Positions 27,409-36,629 of a DNA stretch of 64,000 bases are shown in pieces; position 1 is the first letter of the stretch, and each line of letters begins with the position of its first letter. Below the pieces are notes generated by a model. It was not told the DNA's origin. It ran no database searches and was given only the letters and a program-made list of their open reading frames with translations. Origin of the DNA: Sphingomonadaceae bacterium (GTDB lineage: Bacteria > Chloroflexota > UBA6077); NCBI GenBank assembly GCA_050261575.1, contig JBLNDL010000058.1, positions 1 to 64,000 on the forward strand. The letters are read 5' to 3'. A program made the translations under genes and the position numbers.

Positions 27409-28569
27409 TTGCGCATCGCGATAAACGGATACTTCCTCCAACAGCCCGCCACTGGCAGCGGGCAACACCTCTACTATCTGCTGGAAGGACTCGACACCGT
27501 CGATGAGTCCAACCAGTACCTGGTGCTCTACCCGCGTCTTCGGGGCGGGCAGATCGTCCGGACACCCCATCTGGGGTCCCAGTTCCGGATCAAGGTGGTG
27601 CGCGGTGCCGCCGAACGGCTGGGGCCACGCTTCGGGAAGCTGTGGTGGGAGCAGATCGCCATCCGGAGCGCTTGCCTGGAGGAGCAGGTCGACCTGCTCC
27701 ATTCGCCCTACTTCGCCTCCCCGCTGAGGCCGAACGTCCCCACGGTGGTTACGATCCACGACGTGATCCCCCTGGTTCTACCCCGCTACGGCCGAGCCCC
27801 CCACGTGCGAGCCTACAACAGGCTGGTGTCCGCGGCGGCCCGCCGAGCGGAAGCGGTCATCACCGTGTCGGAGACCTCCAAGGCGGACATCGTGCGAACG
27901 CTGGAGATCCCTCCCGACCGTATCCACGTCATATACAACGCGACCGACCGATGCCTCGGCCCCGTCTGCGACGACGCCGCCCTGGAAGGGATCCGCGACT
28001 CCTACGGCATCGCCGGGGAGTTCATCCTCTACTTCGGCGGCTTCGACGAGAGGAAGAACGTCGAGCGGATAGTGCGAGCCTTCCAGGTGGCCCGGGCTGC
28101 CTTCGACCGCCCCTGCCAGCTCGTGCTTGCCGGCTCGCTCAGCTTCGTCGGGCAGCATCCCCTCTACCCGGACCCCAGGCCGCTGATCGAGAAGCTCGGG
28201 CTGTCCGACCATGTGATCCTCACCGGCAGGATCTCGGAGGAGGAGAAGCCTCTGCTCTTCAGCGCGGCGACGGCCTTCGTCTTCCCCTCGCTCTACGAGG
28301 GCTTCGGCATTCCCGTCCTGGAGGCGATGGCCTGCGGCGCGCCCGTCGTCACCTCCGATAGCTCGTCACTCCCCGAGGTGGTGGGGGACGCCGCGCTGCT
28401 CGTGGACCCCACCAGCGTGGAGGCCATCGCGGAGGCGATGACCCGCCTGGTCAACGACGCGACCTTGAGGGAGAATCTGCGCGGCAGGGGCTTCGAGAGG
28501 GTTAGACGGTTCAGTTGGGAAGCGTCCGCCCTCAAGACCCTGGAGGTCTACCGGCAGGTCGTCGCATGA
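27409..28569 (+). CDS. Glycosyltransferase family 4
   Basis: [29 protein letters not shown]; probable TTG start at 27409. Confidence 0.93.
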   Translation: MRIAINGYFLQQPATGSGQHLYYLLEGLDTVDESNQYLVLYPRLRGGQIVRTPHLGSQFRIKVVRGAAERLGPRFGKLWWEQIAIRSACLEEQVDLLHSPYFASPLRPNVPTVVTIHDVIPLVLPRYGRAPHVRAYNRLVSAAARRAEAVITVSETSKADIVRTLEIPPDRIHVIYNATDRCLGPVCDDAALEGIRDSYGIAGEFILYFGGFDERKNVERIVRAFQVARAAFDRPCQLVLAGSLSFVGQHPLYPDPRPLIEKLGLSDHVILTGRISEEEKPLLFSAATAFVFPSLYEGFGIPVLEAMACGAPVVTSDSSSLPEVVGDAALLVDPTSVEAIAEAMTRLVNDATLRENLRGRGFERVRRFSWEASALKTLEVYRQVVA

Positions 28570-29714
28570 GAGTGTTGATGCTCTCCAAGGCGTGCGTGGT
28601 GGGGGCCTACCAGACCAAGCTGGAGGAGATGGCTGCCAGAGAGGGCATGGAACTCCTGGTCGTCGTGCCACCCTACTGGCAGGAAGAGTCCCGCCGAATC
28701 GTCCTGGAGCCCCTCCACACCCGAGGTTACCGGCTGGAGGTGGAGCCCATTCGGTTCAACGGCCGCTTCCACCTCTTCCACTTCCCCGGGCTGGCTCGCC
28801 ACTTCCGCGACTTCCGACCGGACATCGTCCACGTGGACGAGGAGCCTTACAACCTGGCCACCTTCCACGCGATCTGGCTCGCCAGGCGGTGGGGCGCTCC
28901 ATCCCTCTTCTTCACCTGGCAGAACCTCTACCGCCGATACCCCGCGCCGTTCCGGTGGATGGAGCGTTACGCCTTCGACCGGGTCACCTGCGCGATAGCC
29001 GGCAACTCCGAGGCGGTTGACGTGCTGAGGCGGAAGGGTTTCGGCAAGCCGGTGGAGGTGATCCCGCAGTTCGGCGTGGACCCGGACGTTTTCAGCCCTC
29101 AGCCGCGAGCATCCATCACCCAGCGCCCGGGACCGGCTCATCAGTCCTCAGTCCTCAGTCCTCGGTCCGCGTTCCGCGTTGGCTTCGTCGGCCGGCTGGT
29201 TGAGCAGAAGGGGATACTGGATCTGCTGGAGGCAGTGGCTTTGCTGCGGGACGAATCCGTGCTCACCGTGGTGGGAGCCGGCCCCCTGCGGGGTAAGATC
29301 GAGGCTCGAGCCGCCGAGCTGGGCATCTCCAGCCGGCTCGAGATGCTCGGAGGTGTCCCTTCTCGCCAAATGCCGGAGATCCTGAACGCGCTGGACGTCC
29401 TGGTGCTGCCCTCGCGCACCCGCCCCAACTGGAAGGAGCAGTTCGGCCGAGCCTTGGTGGAGGCCATGGCCTGCCAGGTTCCGGTGGTGGGCTCCGACTC
29501 CGGAGAGATCCCCAACGTCATCGGAGGCGCGGGGCTGGTCTTCCCGGAAGGAGACGTGGGGGCACTGCGAGACCACCTGTCGACGTTGCGGGACTCCCCC
29601 GACCTGAGACGCCGTTTGGGCGAGCATGGGCGCGCCAGGGTGCTGGAACGCTTCACCCAGGCCCGGGTGGCCGAGCAGACCCACCAGGTCTATCAGAAGA
29701 TGATGCGACGGTAG
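28566..29714 (+). CDS. Glycosyltransferase family 4
   Basis: GFVGRLVEQKG, WKEQFGRALVEAMAC, SDSGEIP. Confidence 0.93.
   Translation: MRVLMLSKACVVGAYQTKLEEMAAREGMELLVVVPPYWQEESRRIVLEPLHTRGYRLEVEPIRFNGRFHLFHFPGLARHFRDFRPDIVHVDEEPYNLATFHAIWLARRWGAPSLFFTWQNLYRRYPAPFRWMERYAFDRVTCAIAGNSEAVDVLRRKGFGKPVEVIPQFGVDPDVFSPQPRASITQRPGPAHQSSVLSPRSAFRVGFVGRLVEQKGILDLLEAVALLRDESVLTVVGAGPLRGKIEARAAELGISSRLEMLGGVPSRQMPEILNALDVLVLPSRTRPNWKEQFGRALVEAMACQVPVVGSDSGEIPNVIGGAGLVFPEGDVGALRDHLSTLRDSPDLRRRLGEHGRARVLERFTQARVAEQTHQVYQKMMRR
29140..29168 (+). repeat. In-frame heptamer tandem repeat (TCAGTCC)n
   Basis: TCAGTCC TCAGTCC TCAGTCC TCGGTCC inside the GT4 gene; the reverse complement of its end recurs at 56485-56498. 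Confidence 0.7.
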
Positions 29715-29717
29715 CAG

Positions 29718-29745
29718 GTTGGGGCGGCCGGGCGGCCGCCCCAAC
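29718..29745. terminator. Palindrome between convergent genes (REP-like, bidirectional terminator candidate)
   Basis: GTTGGGGCGGCCG-GG-CGGCCGCCCCAAC. Confidence 0.6.
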
Positions 29746-29753
29746 TCACTCTA

Positions 29754-30485
29754 CTACCAGATCCCGAACTTACCCAGAATCGCTTTCTTCTTCAAGTTCT
29801 GGATGGCGTCGGTGCAGTTGATCTTCTTCGGGCAGGCCTCCACGCAGTTGAAGGCCGTGTGGCAGCGCCACAGCCCGTGCTCCGAGGCGACCACCTCCAT
29901 CCGCTCCTTCGTCCCTTCGTCCCGAGAGTCGGCTACGAAGCGCCACGCCTTCGTCAGCGCCGCGGGACCGAGGTAGCCATCCTCCTCCTCGCTCATCCAG
30001 ACCGTCGGGCAGGAGGAGTAGCAGGAAGCGCAGAGGATGCAGTCGATCACCTCGTTCAGCTTCCTGCGGTCCTTTGGGCTCTGGAGCCGCTCCTTCTCCG
30101 GGGGCTTGGAGTTGTTAATCAAGTAGGGCTTGATCAGCTCGTACTTCGCGAAGAAGGGCTCCAGGTCCACCACCAGATCCTTGATCACCTTCAGCCGCGG
30201 AAGCGGCCCGATCGTGATCTGGCCATCGGGGAACCAGCCTATCTGGGTCTCGCACGCGAGACGGTAGGCCCCGTTGATGAACATGGCGCAGGAGCCGCAG
30301 ACGCCCGCCCGACAGCAGGAGCGGTAGGCGAGGGAGCCGTCCAGACGATCGGTCACGTAGAACAAGCCCTGCAGCACCGTCATGCCCTGGGCAACCGGAA
30401 CCTGGTAGGTCTGGAAGTAGGGTTCGTCGTCGACCTTGGGGTCGAACCTCCAGACCTTCAGGGTAGCGACGGAAAGGTCCGACAT
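29754..30485 (-). CDS. sdhB: Succinate dehydrogenase/fumarate reductase Fe-S subunit (operon 1)
   Basis: CRAGVCGSC, CILCASCYSSCP, CHTAFNCVEACP. Confidence 0.95.
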   Translation of the reverse strand: MSDLSVATLKVWRFDPKVDDEPYFQTYQVPVAQGMTVLQGLFYVTDRLDGSLAYRSCCRAGVCGSCAMFINGAYRLACETQIGWFPDGQITIGPLPRLKVIKDLVVDLEPFFAKYELIKPYLINNSKPPEKERLQSPKDRRKLNEVIDCILCASCYSSCPTVWMSEEEDGYLGPAALTKAWRFVADSRDEGTKERMEVVASEHGLWRCHTAFNCVEACPKKINCTDAIQNLKKKAILGKFGIW

Positions 30486-32182
30486 CAGTACCTCCTAGCC
30501 TGCGGCTCGTACCGGGTGATGGTAACGGGGGAATAGGATAAGACCGGCCCATCTGGGCTGTAGGTCGCCAGGGTGTGTTTGAGCCACTTGGTGTCATCCC
30601 TCTCCGGGAAATCTCGCCGGAAGTGGGAGCCTCGGCTCTCCTCTCGGGCAAGTGCGCCTTTCGCGATCACCTCGGCCAGCGCGAGCATCCCCTCCAACTC
30701 GAGCTTCCTCATCAGCTCGAGGTTGTACACCGTACCCTGATGCCGCAGTCCAGTTCGGTGGAAACGCTGCTGCAACTCGGCCACCTTGTCCACGGCCACT
30801 ACCATGTCCCCCCGCTCCCGGAAGACCCCAACCTTGAAGAACATGGTCTGCTGCATCTCCTCCCGAACCTGAGCCACCGTCTCGCCACCATCGGTGGAGA
30901 CCATCCGCCGGATCTTCGCCTCCAGGGCAGCCCGGGCTCGCTCCACGACGGCGGGGTTGCTCTCGGGGATAGCGCCGGCCTTCAGCGTCTCCGCCACCTT
31001 CTGTCCGGCCAGCTTCCCGAACACTATCGTCTCCAGCAGCGAGTTGCCGCCCAACCGGTTGGCCCCGTGGACGGAGACGCAGGCGCACTCGCCGGCAGCG
31101 TAGAAGCCCACGACTTTCGTCTCGCCGTCGACGTTGGTGTCGATTCCGCCCATGGTGTAGTGCTGGCCCGGCTGGATGGGGATCGGTTTCTCGATCGGGT
31201 CCACGCCGGCGAAACTGATCGCCAGGGCGCGGATGCCAGGGAGCCGCTCCAGGATCTTCTCCTTGCCGAGGTGCCTCAGATCCAGGTAGACGTACTCGTC
31301 CTCGAAGCCTCGCCCCTCCAACACCTCCGTCTGGATCGAGCGCGACACGATGTCCCTCGGGGCGAGTTCCATCACCTTCGGGGTGTACCGCGCCATGAAG
31401 CGTTCCCCCTGATTGTTGATCAGGTAGCCGCCCTCGCCCCTGGCACCTTCGGTCATCAGAATGTTGGTGCCGTACAGTGTCGTGGGGTGGAACTGCACGA
31501 ACTCCATGTCCTTCAGGGGAACGCCTGCCCAGTAGGCAAGGGCCATCGGCAGGCCGGTGTTGATGATGGCGTTGGTGCTGCGAGCGTATACCCGCCCCGC
31601 CCCACCTGTGCCAAAGATCACCGCCTCGGCACGGAAGGTTTCCAGTTGCCCGGTGACCAGGTTCATCGCAACCACGCCGTGGCACCGTCCGTCTTCTACT
31701 GCCAGCGATAGCACCATTCGCTCGGGATAGATCTTCACGCCACGGCGGACACACTGCTCGTTCATGGTGTGGAGCAGAACGTGGCCAGTCTTGTCGGCCG
31801 CGTAGCACGTGCGGGGGAATCCGGCGCCACCGAAGGGTCGCTGGGCTATCGTCCCGTCGTCGAAGCGGCTGAACGGCACCCCCCAGTGCTCCATCTCGTA
31901 CACGCAACCCGGGGCCTCCCTGGCCATGGTCTCGGCCGCGTCCTGGTCGGCCAGGTAGTCGCTCCCCTTGATGGTATCGAACGCGTGTTTCTCCCAGTTG
32001 TCGTCCTTGCCCTCTGGGTTGTTCGCCAGGGCGGCGTTTATTCCCCCCTGCGCCTCACCTGAGTGGGACCTGACTGGGTACACCAGAGACAGCACCCCCA
32101 CGTCCGCTGCCTCCTGGGCCGCCAGAGCCGCCCTCAACGCGGCCAGTCCGCCGCCGACCACGATTACCTGATGGTGAATCAT
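30485..32182 (-). CDS. sdhA: Succinate dehydrogenase/fumarate reductase flavoprotein (operon 1)
   Basis: RSHSGEAQGG, QFHPT, TEGARGEGG, ELAPRD, HYTMGG, HGANRLGGNSL. Confidence 0.96.
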   Translation of the reverse strand: MIHHQVIVVGGGLAALRAALAAQEAADVGVLSLVYPVRSHSGEAQGGINAALANNPEGKDDNWEKHAFDTIKGSDYLADQDAAETMAREAPGCVYEMEHWGVPFSRFDDGTIAQRPFGGAGFPRTCYAADKTGHVLLHTMNEQCVRRGVKIYPERMVLSLAVEDGRCHGVVAMNLVTGQLETFRAEAVIFGTGGAGRVYARSTNAIINTGLPMALAYWAGVPLKDMEFVQFHPTTLYGTNILMTEGARGEGGYLINNQGERFMARYTPKVMELAPRDIVSRSIQTEVLEGRGFEDEYVYLDLRHLGKEKILERLPGIRALAISFAGVDPIEKPIPIQPGQHYTMGGIDTNVDGETKVVGFYAAGECACVSVHGANRLGGNSLLETIVFGKLAGQKVAETLKAGAIPESNPAVVERARAALEAKIRRMVSTDGGETVAQVREEMQQTMFFKVGVFRERGDMVVAVDKVAELQQRFHRTGLRHQGTVYNLELMRKLELEGMLALAEVIAKGALAREESRGSHFRRDFPERDDTKWLKHTLATYSPDGPVLSYSPVTITRYEPQARRY

Positions 32183-32196
32183 CTCTACCCCCTGCG

Positions 32197-32568
32197 CTAT
32201 GGTCGTGCCGTACCGGTGATGAAGGGCGTCAGCGCCCAGGCCCCGTAGACGAAGGCGACGAGACCGACCAACAGCAGCGCCATAGAGATCGCCCGCTGCA
32301 ATCGTTGACCGAAGGTGAAATCCAGCAAGACGTTCCGCGCCCCGTTGAGTCCGTGGTACAGGACGATGCCCAGCAGGCTGTAATCCACCACCATGTAGAG
32401 CAGGGTGGACAGCCTGATGTGGACCGACGCGAAGGTGATCTCCCCGTCGGGACGGACGAAGTGAAGCACGGTGATGTGTAGACCCAGCAATCCCAGCAGC
32501 AGCACGGCCGTGATCCGCTGCAGCAGCCACGCCCAGGCGCCGGAGGCCTTCCGATCGGCTAGTTGCAT
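32197..32568 (-). CDS. sdhD: Complex II hydrophobic anchor subunit (operon 1)
   Basis: WAWLLQRITA, HITVLH, YHGLNG...D; 3 TM segments. Confidence 0.88.
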   Translation of the reverse strand: MQLADRKASGAWAWLLQRITAVLLLGLLGLHITVLHFVRPDGEITFASVHIRLSTLLYMVVDYSLLGIVLYHGLNGARNVLLDFTFGQRLQRAISMALLLVGLVAFVYGAWALTPFITGTARP

Positions 32569-32621
32569 CCGAATCCTCCGATTCTCGTTTCGTAGATGGT
32601 GGAAAGATCTGACCGTCGACC

Positions 32622-33032
32622 CTACACGAAGATCAACGGAAGGCTGGCGATCAGCGATAGGACGAACCCGGCGAAGGAGGCCAGGAAGACCAGCCAGAAC
32701 AGCCCCTTCTGGGACCGAACCCCCACACCCAGATCGAACAGGATGAGCCGCACCCCGTTCAACGCGTGGAACAGCACCACTGCCACCAATCCGAGATCCA
32801 TCACGACCCAGAAGGGGGTCTGAAGTATCCCCAGCAGGGCATCGAAGGCGCTCTTGCCGGCCACCATCGCCGAAGAGATCACCATGATATGCATGAGAAG
32901 ATAGGCAACCAGCACCACCCCCGTGATCCTGTGGAGGACGTATGCCCACATGCCGGTACGGAAGTTGCCCGGCCAGATCGGGACGTTTAGATTCCTCGCT
33001 TTGGTCCTTTCACTCTGTATCAACTCTCCCAT
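32622..33032 (-). CDS. sdhC: Complex II cytochrome b subunit (operon 1)
   Basis: GMWAYVLHRITG, HIM, FHALNGVRLILFD. Confidence 0.92.
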   Translation of the reverse strand: MGELIQSERTKARNLNVPIWPGNFRTGMWAYVLHRITGVVLVAYLLMHIMVISSAMVAGKSAFDALLGILQTPFWVVMDLGLVAVVLFHALNGVRLILFDLGVGVRSQKGLFWLVFLASFAGFVLSLIASLPLIFV

Positions 33033-33488
33033 CTCCTTTCTATCCGGAGCACCAAGGGCCGAATCCGGATGAGTCTCTCTGTGCTATCGGGGGCAATGGC
33101 CCTGCCCCTGCATCCCCGCACGACATCAAGGGACGAGTGGCGACCGTGGGTTTCGGCAATTCTCTGGGGAAGCACGGGCTACGTGGTCACCAGCCGAAGT
33201 CCAGGGTTGGAGGATACCCGCTTGGTTGGATCGGTTGCAGCACGCGTGCGGGCCAGAGGCAGGACCGCCGCCCTCTCGCGCGCCGGACGCAGCCCGCCTC
33301 TGGTAGTCTGGGGAAAAGCAACCCGCCAGGACTGGAAAGGTGGGTGTACACACTTGAGCAGCCACATCCCATGCAATGGGTCGGGCTGCCACCCTGCAGC
33401 CCGAGAGCCGGGCACCATCGCCCGAGCACGATCATCGGCCGCCATGGTAACGGAAAGCGTGTATGCTGAGGTCCGGTAATACGGCATC

Positions 33489-33517
33489 AATATAGCAGCC
33501 CGACGGGGTCACGTCCA
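33489..33517 (-). promoter_or_regulatory. Candidate sigma70 promoter for sdh operon 1
   Basis: TGGACG-N17-TATATT with TG extension (TGcTATATT), about 450 nt upstream of sdhC. Confidence 0.45.
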
Positions 33518-33625
33518 GAGCACACACCCTTCCCAACAGGGCATTCTCGAAGTCGCCAGACGGTCGCGCCAAGCATGGCGCGACCCTCGCCGAGGCACCA
33601 CTACACCTGTCATGCCGAGCGCCGA

Positions 33626-33691
33626 GCAGGTATCTCTAGTTGGTGTCGACTTCTCTGGCGGGAAACGTGCACTCTATCTAGAGATACCTGC
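33626..33691. mobile_element. ~66-bp MITE-like repeat, copy B (most intact)
   Basis: Perfect 14-bp terminal inverted repeats GCAGGTATCTCTAG / CTAGAGATACCTGC; abuts the sdhB2 stop codon. Confidence 0.8.
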
Positions 33692-34390
33692 CTAGATCCT
33701 GTTGAACAGTAGCAGGCGCTTGATCTGCTGTATCGCCCTCGTGATCTTAATGTCACGCGGACACGCCTCGGTGCAGTTGAAGACCGTTCTGCACCTCCAC
33801 ACCCCATCCCGCCCGTTCAGGATATCCAACCGCTCCTGCGCCCCCTCGTCTCGGCTGTCGAAGATGAATCGGTGGGCATTCACCAGCGCCGCCGGCCCGA
33901 CGAACGAGGGGTTGCTCCAGTAGGGTGGGCAGGAGGCGGTGCAGGCGGCGCACAAGATGCACTTGGTGGTGTCGTCGAAGCGCTCGCGCTCCTCCGGGCT
34001 CTGCAGCCGCTCCTTCTCTGGAGTCGGAGAATGGGTGATCAGGTAGGGCTTCACCAAGGTGTACAGCGCAAAGAAGGAGTCCATGTCCACCAACAGGTCC
34101 TTGATTACGCGCAAGCCCAGCAGTGGCTCGATGGTGATCGGGTGGCCGACGTCCTTCACCAACACCTTGCAGGCCAGACGGTTGCTGCCGTTGATCCTCA
34201 TCGCATCGGACCCACAGATGCCGTGAGCGCAGGATCGCCGATAGGTCAGAGTGCCATCGACGTACCACTTCACGTAATTCAGGGCATCCAGCACCCTGTC
34301 GGTGGGCTCCACCTGGGCGTCGTACTCCTCGAAGTGAGACTCCGCATCCTTCTCAGGATCGAACCGCAGGATCCTCAGCGGTACACGCAT
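33692..34390 (-). CDS. sdhB: Succinate dehydrogenase Fe-S subunit (operon 2)
   Basis: RRSCAHGICGSD, CILCAACTASCP, CRTVFNCTEACP. Confidence 0.95.
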   Translation of the reverse strand: MRVPLRILRFDPEKDAESHFEEYDAQVEPTDRVLDALNYVKWYVDGTLTYRRSCAHGICGSDAMRINGSNRLACKVLVKDVGHPITIEPLLGLRVIKDLLVDMDSFFALYTLVKPYLITHSPTPEKERLQSPEERERFDDTTKCILCAACTASCPPYWSNPSFVGPAALVNAHRFIFDSRDEGAQERLDILNGRDGVWRCRTVFNCTEACPRDIKITRAIQQIKRLLLFNRI

Positions 34391-34408
34391 CTGCGCTCAC
34401 CTCCCCAA

Positions 34409-34487
34409 GCAGGTATCTCCACGCAGGTATCTCCAGTTCATGTCGACTTCTCAGGCGGGGACGTGCACTCTAACCGAAGATACCTGC
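34409..34487. mobile_element. MITE-like repeat, copy C, with duplicated left end
   Basis: GCAGGTATCTCCA at both 34409 and 34423; same internal TGTCGACTTCTC..GCGGG.ACGTGCACTCTA core; ends GATACCTGC abutting the sdhA2 stop. Confidence 0.78.
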
Positions 34488-36215
34488 TCAGTACTTCCGT
34501 TCCTGCGGCTGGAAGCGTGTGATGGACACCGGCTTGTAGCTGATCTGCACCCGCCCGTTCACCGGACTCGCCAAGGTATGGGCCAGGAATCGAGTGTCGT
34601 CTCGTTTGGGGAAGTCCTCACGGTAGTGGGCCCCCCGGCTCTCCTCGCGGGCCAGCGCCCCGGCAACCACGGCGTCGGCCACGTCGAGCAGGTATCCCAA
34701 CTCCAGCGCCTCCGTGAGATCGGTGTTGTAGAAGCTCCCCCGGTCCTGGAGGCTGATCATCCGATAGCGCTCGCGTAGCTCGGCCAACCGCCGCTGCATC
34801 GACCTGAGCTTGCCCGCGTCCCGCGTTACCGAGGCGTTGGCCTCCATCTGCTCCTGCAGCTCCGCGCGAATGCTCGCCACCTTCTCGGGACCGCTGGAGG
34901 TCAGCAGGCGCGCTACCTCGGAGCGAGCCCTATCCTCCACGTCGCTGGAGAGAGGGAGAAACTCGGCTTCCTTCAGGTAGCGCAGCATGTCCCTGCCGCC
35001 CCGCCGCCCGAACACGATTATGTCGACCAGAGAGTTGGTCCCCAGCCGGTTCGCGCCGTGCACGGAGACGCAGGCACACTCCCCAGCCGCGTAGAGACCC
35101 GGCAGTGGGGTGTTCTTGGCGTCGACCACCACCCTGCCGTCGACGTCCGTGGGGATGCCGCCCATGGCATAGTGGGCAGTGGGCTGCACCGGGATCGGCT
35201 GCTTGGAGGGCTCTATGCCCAGGTAGGTGCGGACGAAGTCCATGATGTCGGGCAACCGCGTCTCGAGCAGCTCGGGGCTCAGGTGAGTCAGGTCGAGGTG
35301 CAGGTAGTCCTTGCCATCGATCCCGCGCCCCTCCCGAATCTCGGTGTACATCGCCCTCGAGACCATATCCCTGGGAGCCAGGTCCAGCAACGTCGGAGCG
35401 TATCGCTCCATGAAGCGCTCGCCGGTGCGGTTCCTGAGCACGCCACCCTCGCCGCGCGCCCCCTCCGTGATCAGGATGCCCATCTTGTAGATGCCCGTGG
35501 GGTGGAACTGGAAAAACTCCGGATCCTCGATGGGAATCCCCCTGCGATAGGCGATGGCCACCCCATCTCCGGTGAAGGAGAGTGCGTTGCTGGTGACCTT
35601 GTAGATCCGGCCGTACCCGCCCGTGGCCAAGATCACCGCCTTCGCGTGGAAGGTGTGAAGCTCGCCGGTGGCCAACTCCAGTGCCACCACACCCTGGCAC
35701 ACCCCGTCCTGCAGGATCAGGTCGACCACCGAGTACTCGTTGAAGAAGGTGACCTGGTTCTTTATGCACTGCTGGAACACAGTCTGAAGGATCATGTGGC
35801 CGGTTCGGTCGGCAGCGTAGCAGGAACGCCTGACGGGCGCCTTGCCGTACTCTCGGGTGTGGCCGCCGAAAAAGCGCTGCGCTATCTTCCCGTCCGGGGT
35901 CCTGCTGAAGGGCAGCCCCATGTGCTCGAGGTCGTACACCGTGTCGATGGCCTCCCGGCACATCACCTCCACCGCGTCCTGGTCTGCCAGGTAGTCGCTC
36001 CCCTTCACGGTGTCGAACATGTGCCACTCCCAATGGTCCTCCTCCAGGTTTCCCAGGGCCGCGCCTATACCCCCTTGGGCGGTGCCAGTATGGGAGCGGG
36101 GTGGATAGAGCTTACTGAGGACGGCCACTTCGGCCTTGCCAGACATCGTGATCGCTGCCATCAGGCCGGCCCCGCCGCCGCCCACCACGATCGCGTCGTA
36201 CTTGTGGTACATCAC
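34488..36215 (-). CDS. sdhA: Succinate dehydrogenase flavoprotein (operon 2)
   Basis: GGGGAG, RSHTGTAQGG, QFHPTG, DLAPRD, HYAMGG, HGANRLGTNSL. Confidence 0.96.
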   Translation of the reverse strand: MMYHKYDAIVVGGGGAGLMAAITMSGKAEVAVLSKLYPPRSHTGTAQGGIGAALGNLEEDHWEWHMFDTVKGSDYLADQDAVEVMCREAIDTVYDLEHMGLPFSRTPDGKIAQRFFGGHTREYGKAPVRRSCYAADRTGHMILQTVFQQCIKNQVTFFNEYSVVDLILQDGVCQGVVALELATGELHTFHAKAVILATGGYGRIYKVTSNALSFTGDGVAIAYRRGIPIEDPEFFQFHPTGIYKMGILITEGARGEGGVLRNRTGERFMERYAPTLLDLAPRDMVSRAMYTEIREGRGIDGKDYLHLDLTHLSPELLETRLPDIMDFVRTYLGIEPSKQPIPVQPTAHYAMGGIPTDVDGRVVVDAKNTPLPGLYAAGECACVSVHGANRLGTNSLVDIIVFGRRGGRDMLRYLKEAEFLPLSSDVEDRARSEVARLLTSSGPEKVASIRAELQEQMEANASVTRDAGKLRSMQRRLAELRERYRMISLQDRGSFYNTDLTEALELGYLLDVADAVVAGALAREESRGAHYREDFPKRDDTRFLAHTLASPVNGRVQISYKPVSITRFQPQERKY

Positions 36216-36225
36216 CGTATCCTCT

Positions 36226-36618
36226 TCATTGGCTGGCCGCCTGCGGCTGGAATGCCAGGATCACCTCCGCGCCGATCACCAGGAAGATGAATGTGACGAC
36301 GTAGAGGGTCGACATCGCAACAATCCTCCACCCCCTCGAGTGAACGTAGTCGTCTACCACCACCCTCGCCCCGTTCATTCCGTGAAGTATCCCTAGGAAG
36401 AGAAGGACGAGGTCGAAGCTCCTCCAGAAGGAGGTCGAGTAGCGCTGCACGACGAAGGCGTAGTTCACCTGCTCGGTCGGAGTGAAGATGTGCATGATGG
36501 CCATGTGAGCAACGGCCAGCACGGCCAGCAGGACACCAGAGACCCGCATGAAGAACCAGCTCCACAGCTCGAAGGTGCTGGTGCGGGCGCGAGCGTTGGC
36601 AGCAGTTCTGTATAACAT
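36226..36618 (-). CDS. sdhD: Complex II anchor subunit (operon 2)
   Basis: WFFMRVSG, HMAIMH, HGMNGARVVVDDY. Start 36618 or 36633. Confidence 0.88.
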   Translation of the reverse strand: MLYRTAANARARTSTFELWSWFFMRVSGVLLAVLAVAHMAIMHIFTPTEQVNYAFVVQRYSTSFWRSFDLVLLFLGILHGMNGARVVVDDYVHSRGWRIVAMSTLYVVTFIFLVIGAEVILAFQPQAASQ

Positions 36619-36629
36619 CTCCCAACCCT

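Noticed and set aside
33069..33490. Short ORFs in the sdhC1 leader
   Set aside because: No RBS, atypical composition, no recognisable motifs.
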